Virus record (IMG/VR): IMGVR_UViG_3300027985_000790
Span: 1-62,337 of that record
Reading direction: 5' to 3' (one strand)
DNA: 62,337 nucleotides
Source: a virus
Taxonomy: Duplodnaviria > Caudoviricetes
The translations under genes were made by a program, and so were the position numbers. Positions 17,360-25,377 of this stretch are shown piece by piece. The notes below the pieces were generated by a model, which saw only the letters and a list, made by a program, of their open reading frames with translations, made no database searches and was not told the DNA's origin. Within the stretch, counting starts at the first letter, position 1; each line of letters starts with the position of its first letter.

Positions 17360-17687
17360 AGTCCAACTCCTCTGTCAGCTTGTCGATGGCGAAGTGCAGC
17401 AGATCCAGCCGCATGGGGTTCGACCACAACGTCCTGCTGTCCATGGCAGTTTCAAACTCATCTTCACCTTCCACAGGATACCACTCATCGCCCGAGTGGT
17501 GGGGCCAGTCGGAAAACAAAACTCCCAGGTATGAGTAGCAGAGCTTAGCAGTTTCAGAACCTTCAGGTAAGCTGGCTTTGGCGTGGTCGCAGATACCATA
17601 GTAGACAGTATTATCTTTACCGTCTTGGTTCCCGTGCTTCTTTATCCGGATGAGAGCTTCCAGGATTTCGTGCTTAATGCTCAGCAT
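17346..17687 (-). CDS. Paralog family 1 member (A/B bridge)
   Basis: GIC...WPHHSGDEWYPV...WSNPMRLDLLHFAI. Confidence 0.8.
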   Translation of the reverse strand: MLSIKHEILEALIRIKKHGNQDGKDNTVYYGICDHAKASLPEGSETAKLCYSYLGVLFSDWPHHSGDEWYPVEGEDEFETAMDSRTLWSNPMRLDLLHFAIDKLTEELDYADA

Positions 17688-17973
17688 AGTCCAGCTCCTC
17701 GGTCAAGGTGTCAATCATGTAGTGGAGCAGATGCAGCCGGTCGCAGCAGCTCCAAGGTTCCAGCTCGTCGCCCTCCACGGGGAAGTAGTCATCACCCGTG
17801 AAGTGCTCCCAGCTGCGGTACAAGTCAACCAGCACCCGCTGGAAGGCATTAAGGCCCTGTCTACGGATGTGTGGTGGCATCAAGTACAGTACATTGTGGC
17901 AGATGCCATCTGCTCTAAGCAGCGGGCCTTCCCGCTTGATGCGGAGCAGGGCTTCTAGCACCAGGCGCTTCAC
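17674..17973 (-). CDS. Paralog family 1 member (A/B bridge)
   Basis: IKREGP..GICHN...WEHFTGDDYFPV...RLHLLHYMIDTLTEEL. Confidence 0.8.
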   Translation of the reverse strand: MKRLVLEALLRIKREGPLLRADGICHNVLYLMPPHIRRQGLNAFQRVLVDLYRSWEHFTGDDYFPVEGDELEPWSCCDRLHLLHYMIDTLTEELDYAEH

Positions 17974-18455
17974 TTTACCACCCGCATAGGCGCAACGTAG
18001 CGGAAGACATCCACTTGCTCGCCAAAATCCACCACGTAAGGGTAGCGGGACTTCATCTCCGTGCCAACATATACGCCTACCTTACCTGTGTTGCCGTCCA
18101 TCCAGCACTGAGAGTCGTCCAGCGGCAACGCAATGACCTTCTCACCCCACCACATCTCCCGCATGGGCAGCACGATTAGTGCATCCTGCTTTTCAAGGTC
18201 TACATGGATCCGCTTGCTGTTGGCTGCCATCACGGCGGGCCCTTCTTTGACTACGCGGTACAGCTCGTGGTCAATAAGAAGTATGTCGCCCAGAGCCAGC
18301 TCCATGCTGTGCAGCGGTATGTAGTAGACGCACTCCCGCTTATAGTCAAGAGTGCCGCCGTACTTCTCAGCCTGCTCCTGCATCTGTGCTTGGACGCCTT
18401 GAGCACGTCCCAGCATGTAAAGAGCGGTGAGTATCTGGCTGGTAATCAGTTGCAT
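17970..18455 (-). CDS. Hypothetical protein
   Basis: GAGGAG RBS. Confidence 0.65.
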   Translation of the reverse strand: MQLITSQILTALYMLGRAQGVQAQMQEQAEKYGGTLDYKRECVYYIPLHSMELALGDILLIDHELYRVVKEGPAVMAANSKRIHVDLEKQDALIVLPMREMWWGEKVIALPLDDSQCWMDGNTGKVGVYVGTEMKSRYPYVVDFGEQVDVFRYVAPMRVVK

Positions 18456-18458
18456 GAT

Positions 18459-18713
18459 CTACTCCTCGTATTCCGCGGCAGCAGCAATCTGCGCCATGAA
18501 GTCAACCTTGGCGAACTCCAAGGCACCTACTGCCAGGATAGGCTGGTTGAAGTTGGCCGCACAAGACGAGCAGGTCCTATCCGTGCCCAGAACCACGACC
18601 ACCATGTTAGCAATCAAGCCATCCGCTTCTTGCTGAGCAAGCTGCTCAATCAGTTCCTTAACACCTTCGCCTGATTCCTGCTTGCCGAATTCTACTTGCC
18701 GAATACCCATCAT
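18459..18713 (-). CDS. Hypothetical protein
   Basis: AGGAG RBS; ATGA overlap. Confidence 0.65.
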   Translation of the reverse strand: MMGIRQVEFGKQESGEGVKELIEQLAQQEADGLIANMVVVVLGTDRTCSSCAANFNQPILAVGALEFAKVDFMAQIAAAAEYEE

Positions 18714-18928
18714 TCTGCTCCTGTCCACTCGTCCAATTCCTTCACCAGCATCTTAGCCAGTGCTCTCTTGGACAACACTTGAGAGTGCAGCGCGTATCCA
18801 GTCAGCTGCCGCAGCAGCGACGAGCCAAACGGGGCAGCGCTGTCAGCTGCTTCAATTATCCCTACGCCAGAACGGCCTTGTGCTATCTCTTGCACAGCGT
18901 CCCGCACAGCTCGGATTCGCTCATCCAT
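18710..18928 (-). CDS. Hypothetical protein
   Basis: GGAGG RBS. Confidence 0.6.
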   Translation of the reverse strand: MDERIRAVRDAVQEIAQGRSGVGIIEAADSAAPFGSSLLRQLTGYALHSQVLSKRALAKMLVKELDEWTGAE

Positions 18929-19235
18929 CGCTCATCCTCCATTCTTCCATTCGCCGTGCCATGTGTCCTGCCAGCTCTCGGCGCTTCTCACCATACTCTC
19001 CCACGTAGAGGTTAGGCGTGGCCATGTACCAAGCTCCTGGATGTCCGCCGTCCGGAGACGGAATGGGAAACTGGTTGTCACCTGAGAAGTGCTCCCAGGT
19101 CTCCCACAAGTACGGACCGGTCCTTACACCGAATCCACTGAGGTAGTAACACAATCCAAAACCTGGGTGAGCAGGCGTCACCCCAGCAGCCACGTCCTTA
19201 AGGAAGGTGATGGCCCCTATTATGTTGCGAGACAT
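18921..19235 (-). CDS. Paralog family 1 member (subtype B)
   Basis: GLC...WEHFSGD..FPIP...LYVGEYGEKRRELA. Confidence 0.8.
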   Translation of the reverse strand: MSRNIIGAITFLKDVAAGVTPAHPGFGLCYYLSGFGVRTGPYLWETWEHFSGDNQFPIPSPDGGHPGAWYMATPNLYVGEYGEKRRELAGHMARRMEEWRMSDG

Positions 19236-19858
19236 TACCATTCCTCCCGATGCTTGAGCAAGTGGAAAGCCAGGTCCCGGCGCAGCATGCCATACTTGCC
19301 TTCGTAGAAAGTCTTGCTCTGCCACGCGGCGTTCCAGCGTTCACCCGGACTTCCGCCTTCCGGATCGGGTATCGGGTAGGCCCAATTCCCCGTGAAGAAT
19401 TCCCAGCTTCTAGCGACATCAAACAGATCCACGTACTTACCGCACAGTTCCAGCGCGTAGCAGAGGGCGTTCCGAGGCGTCCTGATGCCCAGAGCAATGT
19501 CCAGCAGCAGCTCCAGCTGGTCCCGCTTTACGCCGGAGAAGCCTTCCAGTACGAAGGAATATTGCTCCTTGAGCTCTTCCTGGCGCAGCTTCTTGTAGAG
19601 GAAGTAGGCCAGGTCTCGGCGAAGCATACCGTACTTGCCTTCGTAGAGGTTGTTCAAGACCTGGTAGATAATGTTAGGTCCGCCGCCCTCCGGGTCCGGC
19701 ACGGGATAGTGAGTACTACCGGAATAGAACTCCCACTCACGAAACCAGCGTCTAAGCGACAGTTTCTTAATGCCACTTCTATTGACGTGGAAGCAGAGGC
19801 CTGCATTAGCCCGCTGCGGCACGAAACCCCTGGCGATACGATAGAGGATGTTAGTCAT
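19235..19858 (-). CDS. Paralog family 1 member with two tandem subtype-B domains
   Basis: WEF.[ST]G...YP[VI]PDPEGG and YEGKYGMLRRDLA each occur twice. Confidence 0.85.
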   Translation of the reverse strand: MTNILYRIARGFVPQRANAGLCFHVNRSGIKKLSLRRWFREWEFYSGSTHYPVPDPEGGGPNIIYQVLNNLYEGKYGMLRRDLAYFLYKKLRQEELKEQYSFVLEGFSGVKRDQLELLLDIALGIRTPRNALCYALELCGKYVDLFDVARSWEFFTGNWAYPIPDPEGGSPGERWNAAWQSKTFYEGKYGMLRRDLAFHLLKHREEW

Positions 19859-20072
19859 TCATCAGCTCCTGGATCTGGTTGAAGAGGGCGGAAACCTGCT
19901 CGTCGCTGAGGTCAGGATCTTGGAGCTTCTTACGCAGCTCGGCGACCTCGTGAGCGTTGGCTATCTTCTCCGCTACGTTGGTGCCTTGCCCCATGTAGTG
20001 CTCGCAAGTGGAAAGGTGCATTGCCATACCGAAAGAGGCGATAGCAGTGCAGGTCAGCAGAATCTTAAGCAC
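19851..20072 (-). CDS. Hypothetical membrane-anchored or exported protein
   Basis: N-terminal hydrophobic segment; GGAG RBS. Confidence 0.6.
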   Translation of the reverse strand: MLKILLTCTAIASFGMAMHLSTCEHYMGQGTNVAEKIANAHEVAELRKKLQDPDLSDEQVSALFNQIQELMND

Positions 20073-20132
20073 GATTTATCTCCGTTATTGGTGATAACTT
20101 AATTATACACGCCACAAGCGAGCACGACGAAC

Positions 20133-20741
20133 TTACTTGGGTGTCGGCAGCTTGAGCAGGCGGTTCAGGTCTGCCACGTTGAGGGCGGGCAGCTGCTTCT
20201 TGACTTCTTCCTTGGGCAGCAGCTCGGCAGCTTCCGGCCATTCTTTGAGCAGGCGCTCAACCGTGGTGAAGGAAGAGGTGCTGGCCATTACCGTATCGTA
20301 GACGTCCCGCTGCTGAGCCTTGAGCTCCTGAATCTTGTTGATACTTGCTTCCCAGATGCTGAACAAAGGAGAGCCCACATCCACCGGAAGATAGTGGTCG
20401 CAGAACAAGCGGACATCATCGTCCGACGAAGGAACACGGCGGACATCGTCCCACCCAATATCGCCGGTAGTGAGGTGGACGTAATGGTAGTTACCTTGGA
20501 TCTTCAGCTGGACGTAGCGGTTCGGCTGGGGGAACGAAACCATCATACTACCAGGGAGCTTCTTGTTAAGAGCACTCATGGTTTTGTGGATGCCCATGAG
20601 TTCGTCGTAGTTGGCTACTTTGTAAGTGCTTACAACGCACTCAGCCAGCTGCTTCTTGATGGCTACAATGGTGTCTCCCAGCTTGAGGTTCCGTACCGCC
20701 TGGGCGGCCATGTGCTCACGGGTTCTTTTCAGCAGTTTCAT
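20133..20741 (-). CDS. Nmad5-like (nucleotide-modification-associated domain 5) protein
   Basis: MKL.K..R start and C-terminal TTVERLLKEWPEAAELLP signature. Confidence 0.65.
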   Translation of the reverse strand: MKLLKRTREHMAAQAVRNLKLGDTIVAIKKQLAECVVSTYKVANYDELMGIHKTMSALNKKLPGSMMVSFPQPNRYVQLKIQGNYHYVHLTTGDIGWDDVRRVPSSDDDVRLFCDHYLPVDVGSPLFSIWEASINKIQELKAQQRDVYDTVMASTSSFTTVERLLKEWPEAAELLPKEEVKKQLPALNVADLNRLLKLPTPK

Positions 20742-21169
20742 TCTGCGTCTCCTAAGATTTTGGAGTTTCCAGGTATGCGGTACTCGAATACAAAGCACTC
20801 GAGATCGTCCGCAGTGTAGAAGCGTTTGCCTTCGTTGCCATTCTGCGGGTCATAGAGAATTGGGTTTCCCACCCGGCGGTAGTCAAACAGAACGTAGTGC
20901 AGGTACCGCTCCAGGTTCAGAGACGGAACAGCGCCCAGGTAGACATTGCCCCATTCTGCATACTGGTCCTTGACGCCCAAGCAGAAGAAGTCCTTGCCTT
21001 CTTCAAAGCCCGAGACTTCCAGGTAATCGTGCACTTCCACCTTGTGGGCGAAGTAAAGGTTGTGGAACTCGTCTATCACCTCCTGAACCGGACGGCCCAG
21101 GAGCATGGCCAGACTGGTGCTCACACAGGTATCCTGAGTGGGCTGCTGCTGCTGAATGAAGGTTCTCAT
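20738..21169 (-). CDS. Papain/C39-like peptidase (putative)
   Basis: Q.....C...SLAM, HYVLFD and YDP. Confidence 0.55.
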   Translation of the reverse strand: MRTFIQQQQPTQDTCVSTSLAMLLGRPVQEVIDEFHNLYFAHKVEVHDYLEVSGFEEGKDFFCLGVKDQYAEWGNVYLGAVPSLNLERYLHYVLFDYRRVGNPILYDPQNGNEGKRFYTADDLECFVFEYRIPGNSKILGDAE

Positions 21170-21393
21170 TCGATGTTCTCCAGGTTTTGCAGGGAGTCTT
21201 CCAGCGAGCAGATGGCTTCATCCAGGTAGGAGACGTTCTGCTCCATGGAGCAGCCACGCTCTGCCGCTTGCAAGCCTTCCGGCAAATTGTCGTAGGCTTC
21301 CTGCTCGTCGTCCATGGCAGTACTGAGAAGTTCCTGAGCCTGCCCAATAAGGTTCCGGGCTTCTTCTATCACCTTCCGGCGTTGCTGGTTCAT
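21166..21393 (-). CDS. Hypothetical coiled-coil protein
   Basis: MNQQRRK...EQEAYDNLPEGLQ; AGGAG RBS. Confidence 0.75.
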   Translation of the reverse strand: MNQQRRKVIEEARNLIGQAQELLSTAMDDEQEAYDNLPEGLQAAERGCSMEQNVSYLDEAICSLEDSLQNLENIE

Positions 21394-21431
21394 TTGCGTT
21401 CTCCTGTGTTTAAACGCTACCACAAAGAGAG

Positions 21432-21531
21432 CCGCCCTGCTCGGAGTCGAACCGAGGACCTTCCCTACCAGTCTGCCATTGCTCGAGATAGCAAGTCGGT
21501 CTGGCTGATCTCACCACTGATCTACAGGGCG
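21432..21531 (-). ncRNA. tRNA-like RNA with an enlarged anticodon arm
   Basis: Acceptor CGCCCTG/CAGGGCG; D arm GATC-AGTGGTGA-GATC; T arm CTCGG-TTCGACT-CCGAG; 29 nt in place of the 7-nt anticodon loop. Confidence 0.75.
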
Positions 21532-21599
21532 GTTGTCTTTGTGTCCTGGCCTTTTTCCTCGCCAGGGCGGAGGGTTGAGGTTGCTTTCTAGATCATCTA

Positions 21600-21755
21600 T
21601 TAGGAATTAAGGTTTACCCAGGGCCCATAACCCTGTGCCGTGACGGCGGGCGAACCAGTCCAGATTGTAACGAAGCTGGGTCTGAGGGCTTCGTTACGGT
21701 ACGTGCTGTCCACTCCCGTTATGAGGATGAGCAGCCAGAAAAGTAGTAGAATCAC
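21600..21755 (-). CDS. Possible 51-aa membrane peptide (MILLLFWLLILITG...)
   Basis: Read by hand; AGGAGG upstream of a GTG start. Confidence 0.35.
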   Translation of the reverse strand: MILLLFWLLILITGVDSTYRNEALRPSFVTIWTGSPAVTAQGYGPWVNLNS

Positions 21756-21822
21756 ATACTGCCTCCTATGTCCTGTTGACTGTTTAATAAATCACTTATC
21801 GTGCTATTTAAATATAACACAG

Positions 21823-22275
21823 TTATAAGCTGCTGCAACGACACTCAAGGAGAAGTCCTTTAACGTGCGCTACCAGATCTTTGGCAGATGCAAAGGACAG
21901 ACACTTCAGTAAGGACTCCTTGCTCATCCCATTGTAGAGGAAGTCAAAGTTGGGACCTACCCACAGGAACCAACGGCCATCACGGACGCGGCACCAGAGG
22001 AAGGTTTGCCCACCTGCCAGCTGGCGCTTCTCAAGCCAGCGAGCTTGGTATACCAGGCGCTCGTCGTCCTTGGGTCCAAAGCGCACTATTGAAGACGCTC
22101 GGACAGGAAGATCCTTGATGAACTTACCTTCCATCCAGAACTCGACGCCTGACCAGCAGGCATTGAGGTCCGGTATACCTGAGGTGAGCTTGTCTTCAAT
22201 CCGCTGCATATCAATGCCCGGCATCAGAAGCTTGAGGTTCTTCCGCATTGTTGCGGTTGCGCTGTTCTCAGCCAT
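21823..22275 (-). CDS. PD-(D/E)XK nuclease / Holliday junction resolvase-like
   Basis: E..., RIE...GIPDL...WMEGK...Q..W motif. Confidence 0.75.
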   Translation of the reverse strand: MAENSATATMRKNLKLLMPGIDMQRIEDKLTSGIPDLNACWSGVEFWMEGKFIKDLPVRASSIVRFGPKDDERLVYQARWLEKRQLAGGQTFLWCRVRDGRWFLWVGPNFDFLYNGMSKESLLKCLSFASAKDLVAHVKGLLLECRCSSL

Positions 22276-22544
22276 TAGAAGTGCCTCCAGTTACAGGCGC
22301 TGCTAGTCGCGCTCATGTGAGCCTGCAGCTCCGAATCTACTACCTTGACACCATCGTCTGAGAAGACTCGGGATCCCACCGGTGGAATGTAGTGAGGCAA
22401 CTTAGTGGTTACTCCTGTCCAGCAAAGGATATCTTTACCTTCCTTCGAGTAGATGGACATGGGTGGTTCATCAATCCCGCTCCAGATCCACTCTACGTTG
22501 GTGTCGTCTTTGTTCGCAAACTTCATGAGGCAACCGTACAGCAT
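22275..22544 (-). CDS. Hypothetical protein
   Basis: AGGAG RBS. Confidence 0.55.
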   Translation of the reverse strand: MLYGCLMKFANKDDTNVEWIWSGIDEPPMSIYSKEGKDILCWTGVTTKLPHYIPPVGSRVFSDDGVKVVDSELQAHMSATSSACNWRHF

Positions 22545-22643
22545 GGCCTTGCTCCTGGTAGAGTTTAAGCATTTGTGGCGACGGCGGAGCGCTCCACAGG
22601 TTTATGGGGCCAAACTTGAAATCTGGCCATTCTATCTTGGGCA

Positions 22644-22802
22644 TTATTTACCCCACTTCAAAGCAGCATTCCAGATAGACCACATGTCTTCTACCCAGGT
22701 GAGCATATATTCACCCGAAGAGTATCTCGAGAGAACGAAGTCCCTTGGTAGACCTTGGGCTGCTGCAGTGCGCATGACTTCTACTTCAAAAGCGGTTCTC
22801 AT
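22644..22802 (-). CDS. Small hypothetical protein (52 aa, MRTAFEVE...)
   Basis: Read by hand; ATGA overlap with the upstream gene. Confidence 0.55.
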   Translation of the reverse strand: MRTAFEVEVMRTAAAQGLPRDFVLSRYSSGEYMLTWVEDMWSIWNAALKWGK

Positions 22803-23203
22803 TTGGACACCTTCTCGAGTACTTCCTCAAGAACGGTAGCAACGTTCTGCAACCCCCTAGCCAGGTCCCCATTTATGGCATCAACCAGATCCTTGCGACC
22901 GAAGCCATGCGCGATGCTGATAACGCTCTCCGTCTCGTCACGAAGGCGAAGAGCAGCTTCCATCTGCTCACAGACCATGCGCCGGATGTCCCCCGCACCA
23001 ACGGAGGGCCCTGCAGTAGTGGCTATGAACAGCAGCGCGCTTATTGACGCAGCGGGCAGGAAAGCTTGGGGGTGCTTGCTGTCATAGTCGTACTCGGAGA
23101 TAAGAAGCGACCACATCTTGGGCGCCAGCTTCTTGACCCAGTACGCCATGGCGGGATCTGGGATTATCTCGTCCATCTCCCTCTCAAACTGTTCCTTATT
23201 CAT
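22799..23203 (-). CDS. Hypothetical protein
   Basis: Start MNKEQF. Confidence 0.65.
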   Translation of the reverse strand: MNKEQFEREMDEIIPDPAMAYWVKKLAPKMWSLLISEYDYDSKHPQAFLPAASISALLFIATTAGPSVGAGDIRRMVCEQMEAALRLRDETESVISIAHGFGRKDLVDAINGDLARGLQNVATVLEEVLEKVSK

Positions 23204-23774
23204 GGACAACCACCTTGCCTTCGCATTCAGGGTTAGGGCAGCGCAGCTCCTGGCCTTCGCAGACCCACTTACCAGCGGCACGGAAGATGAAACCACACTC
23301 GGGGCATTCGCACTTGAGCATGCGGGTCCCCTGCTTGGGCTTGGCGCTTGACTGTCCGCTCAACTTGGCGCCGGGCATGGGACCCAGCTCATCCAGGATG
23401 GGTTGGGCCCACTCACGCCACTTATCACCGGCAGTGGTAGCCGTCATCTTGCCTTCCAGGCCGAGGGCGATAGCCACTCGCCGGAAGTTACCGCCGTGCT
23501 TCTGGTCGAGTCCCACAGCAGCGTGGATCAGTTCATGGGTGAGGGTGGCAGCGATATCTTCAACCGTTTCCAAGCCGGGAACCACGAAGATCTCAAACGT
23601 GCCATCTTCTGAGCAAGTGCAGTTCCAGCACTCACCGATGGCTTTGGAGCGTTGCCCACGAGAGGTAAAACCAACAGACATCCGCACCTTGGCGGGGATC
23701 TCGACTTCCGCCAGGGCCTTGAAGTGGCGGCGGGATTTTTCAGTGAAGGCCATAAGCCAATCTTCGCGGTTCAT
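23196..23774 (-). CDS. SprT-like zinc metalloprotease with a Zn ribbon
   Basis: HELIH...H..F; CPEC...CPNPEC. Confidence 0.75.
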   Translation of the reverse strand: MNREDWLMAFTEKSRRHFKALAEVEIPAKVRMSVGFTSRGQRSKAIGECWNCTCSEDGTFEIFVVPGLETVEDIAATLTHELIHAAVGLDQKHGGNFRRVAIALGLEGKMTATTAGDKWREWAQPILDELGPMPGAKLSGQSSAKPKQGTRMLKCECPECGFIFRAAGKWVCEGQELRCPNPECEGKVVVHE

Positions 23775-23820
23775 ATTCCGTTCTCCTCGTTGCTTTATTT
23801 GAGTATGACATATCACTCAG

Positions 23821-24054
23821 TTATTGCAACTTACCGGTGTAGCCACCCGTTGGGTTTTCGAGGATCTCACGGTTGCCCGCGCTCATGGTGAAGGTGTCGT
23901 AGTCGACTATCTCAAAATCCAGCTTCTTGTTAGCATTGATTCGAGTCACGAACTGTGCTGCTTCTTCAACGGAAGGAACTTCCACGAAGTCCACCTCTAC
24001 TATCCCGTTCTTGGGACTCAGGTGGTTGTACTGTTTAACTATTCTGATTTGCAT
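23821..24054 (-). CDS. Hypothetical protein
   Basis: GAGGT RBS. Confidence 0.6.
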   Translation of the reverse strand: MQIRIVKQYNHLSPKNGIVEVDFVEVPSVEEAAQFVTRINANKKLDFEIVDYDTFTMSAGNREILENPTGGYTGKLQ

Positions 24055-24466
24055 AGATCACCTCTACTCCTGCTTCATCAAACATGGTGGCAGCAATGGC
24101 GAACTCGTCCACACCCATGCCTACGCACTGACCGTCACCCACAAACACTCGCTGAATGCCCGCCTGGATAATCAGCTTGGCACAGCCGGCGCAAGGGTGG
24201 TGAGTAACGTACAAGTCAGCATCTTTCGTGCTGTAGCCGAGAAAAGCTGCCTGAGCAATGGCGTTCACTTCTGCGTGGGCGGTGAAAAGATACTTGATAG
24301 GCCTTTCATGTCTTTCCGGCAGGTCAATTACCTGGTTGGGCAAGTTGTTGCAAGCGGCTATGTCGTAACCTGGTGCAGCCAGCACAGCTCCCACTTTTGT
24401 CGTGTCAAGGCTTTCTTTAGCGGCTTCTGCCGCCATGGCCATATAGAAAGCTACCTCTGGTTTCAT
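24035..24466 (-). CDS. dCMP deaminase
   Basis: HAEVNAI and PCAGC Zn motifs. Confidence 0.88.
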   Translation of the reverse strand: MKPEVAFYMAMAAEAAKESLDTTKVGAVLAAPGYDIAACNNLPNQVIDLPERHERPIKYLFTAHAEVNAIAQAAFLGYSTKDADLYVTHHPCAGCAKLIIQAGIQRVFVGDGQCVGMGVDEFAIAATMFDEAGVEVIYANQNS

Positions 24467-25377
24467 TTCCGGTTTCTCCTGTAGTCGAGACGAGCCACAC
24501 GGAGCAGTATATCGCCCAAGTAGTTCTGCTCCACAGCGGGTTTCTCGAACTCACCCAAAACTGTGAAAGCCCACACTTGTCTGCTGCTCAAAGCCACGGC
24601 TTGGAGGTACTGGAACACCACAATGCGAACGGACTCCGGATTCTCACCTTTGAGGCCTTGCAGCATTTTACAAGCCTCGTCAAAGCTGAAAGTGCTTTTG
24701 CTGAGCAGGCGAGCCAGGTCAATGGCTTCTGGAGCAGCGGGAGCCAGATTCAGAAGTTCCCGAGCAACCTCGAGCGATTCAGCCCCTTGGATGGTGGCCA
24801 GGTTAACCAGTGCTTGCCGGCAAGATCCTTTCGCCATGTTGGCACACAGGTCGTGGTACTCCTTAGGGCAGGAGAGGCCTTCTTCCCAAGCGACGTTGGC
24901 TACCAAGCCTTTGAGCAGCTGGACGCTCACTTCCTTGAGCTGAAGGATAGCACAGCGGGTGCGGATGGTGGCGGGTACCTTGTCAGGCTCTGTGGTACAG
25001 AAGAACCAGAAGGTATCGCCCATGGGTTCTTCTACACTCTTGAGCGATGCATCCCAAGCCTGCTTGGACAACCGGTGAGCCTCGTCAATGACGATGGCAC
25101 GGCCACCCCCAAGAACGGAGCGAGTGGCTGTGGCGGAGATGATCTCACGCATGGCGTCCACGCCGGTATGGCTGGCAGCATCAATCTCTATCAGCTCACA
25201 ATCCAGCTTAGACGCAGCGATTCGGGCCAGCGTCGTTTTCCCTGTGCCGGATGGGCCCGTCAGTATCACCGCTTGGCAGCGTTTCTCTCTGACGATTTCG
25301 CTAAGGGCTGCGACGGTGGCCTTCTGTCCGATTACTTGGTCCCAATCAGTCGGGCGGTATTTGGTGTGATAGGTCAT
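24463..25377 (-). CDS. Clamp loader (DnaX gamma/tau-like)
   Basis: KYRP..W..VIGQ, GPSGTGKTT, IDEAH and TIRTRC. Confidence 0.88.
   Translation of the reverse strand: MTYHTKYRPTDWDQVIGQKATVAALSEIVREKRCQAVILTGPSGTGKTTLARIAASKLDCELIEIDAASHTGVDAMREIISATATRSVLGGGRAIVIDEAHRLSKQAWDASLKSVEEPMGDTFWFFCTTEPDKVPATIRTRCAILQLKEVSVQLLKGLVANVAWEEGLSCPKEYHDLCANMAKGSCRQALVNLATIQGAESLEVARELLNLAPAAPEAIDLARLLSKSTFSFDEACKMLQGLKGENPESVRIVVFQYLQAVALSSRQVWAFTVLGEFEKPAVEQNYLGDILLRVARLDYRRNRK

Noticed and set aside
11279-19858. Diversity-generating retroelement behind the paralog repeats
   Set aside because: No reverse transcriptase recognised; the differences are not adenine-specific and every copy is coding
21432-21531. 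Canonical tRNA gene
   Set aside because: No 7-nt anticodon loop or U33, so no anticodon can be assigned; reported as a tRNA-like ncRNA instead
22472-22644. ORF MPKIEWPDF...
   Set aside because: Overlaps 22275..22544 by about 70 nt; cannot be supported without homologs
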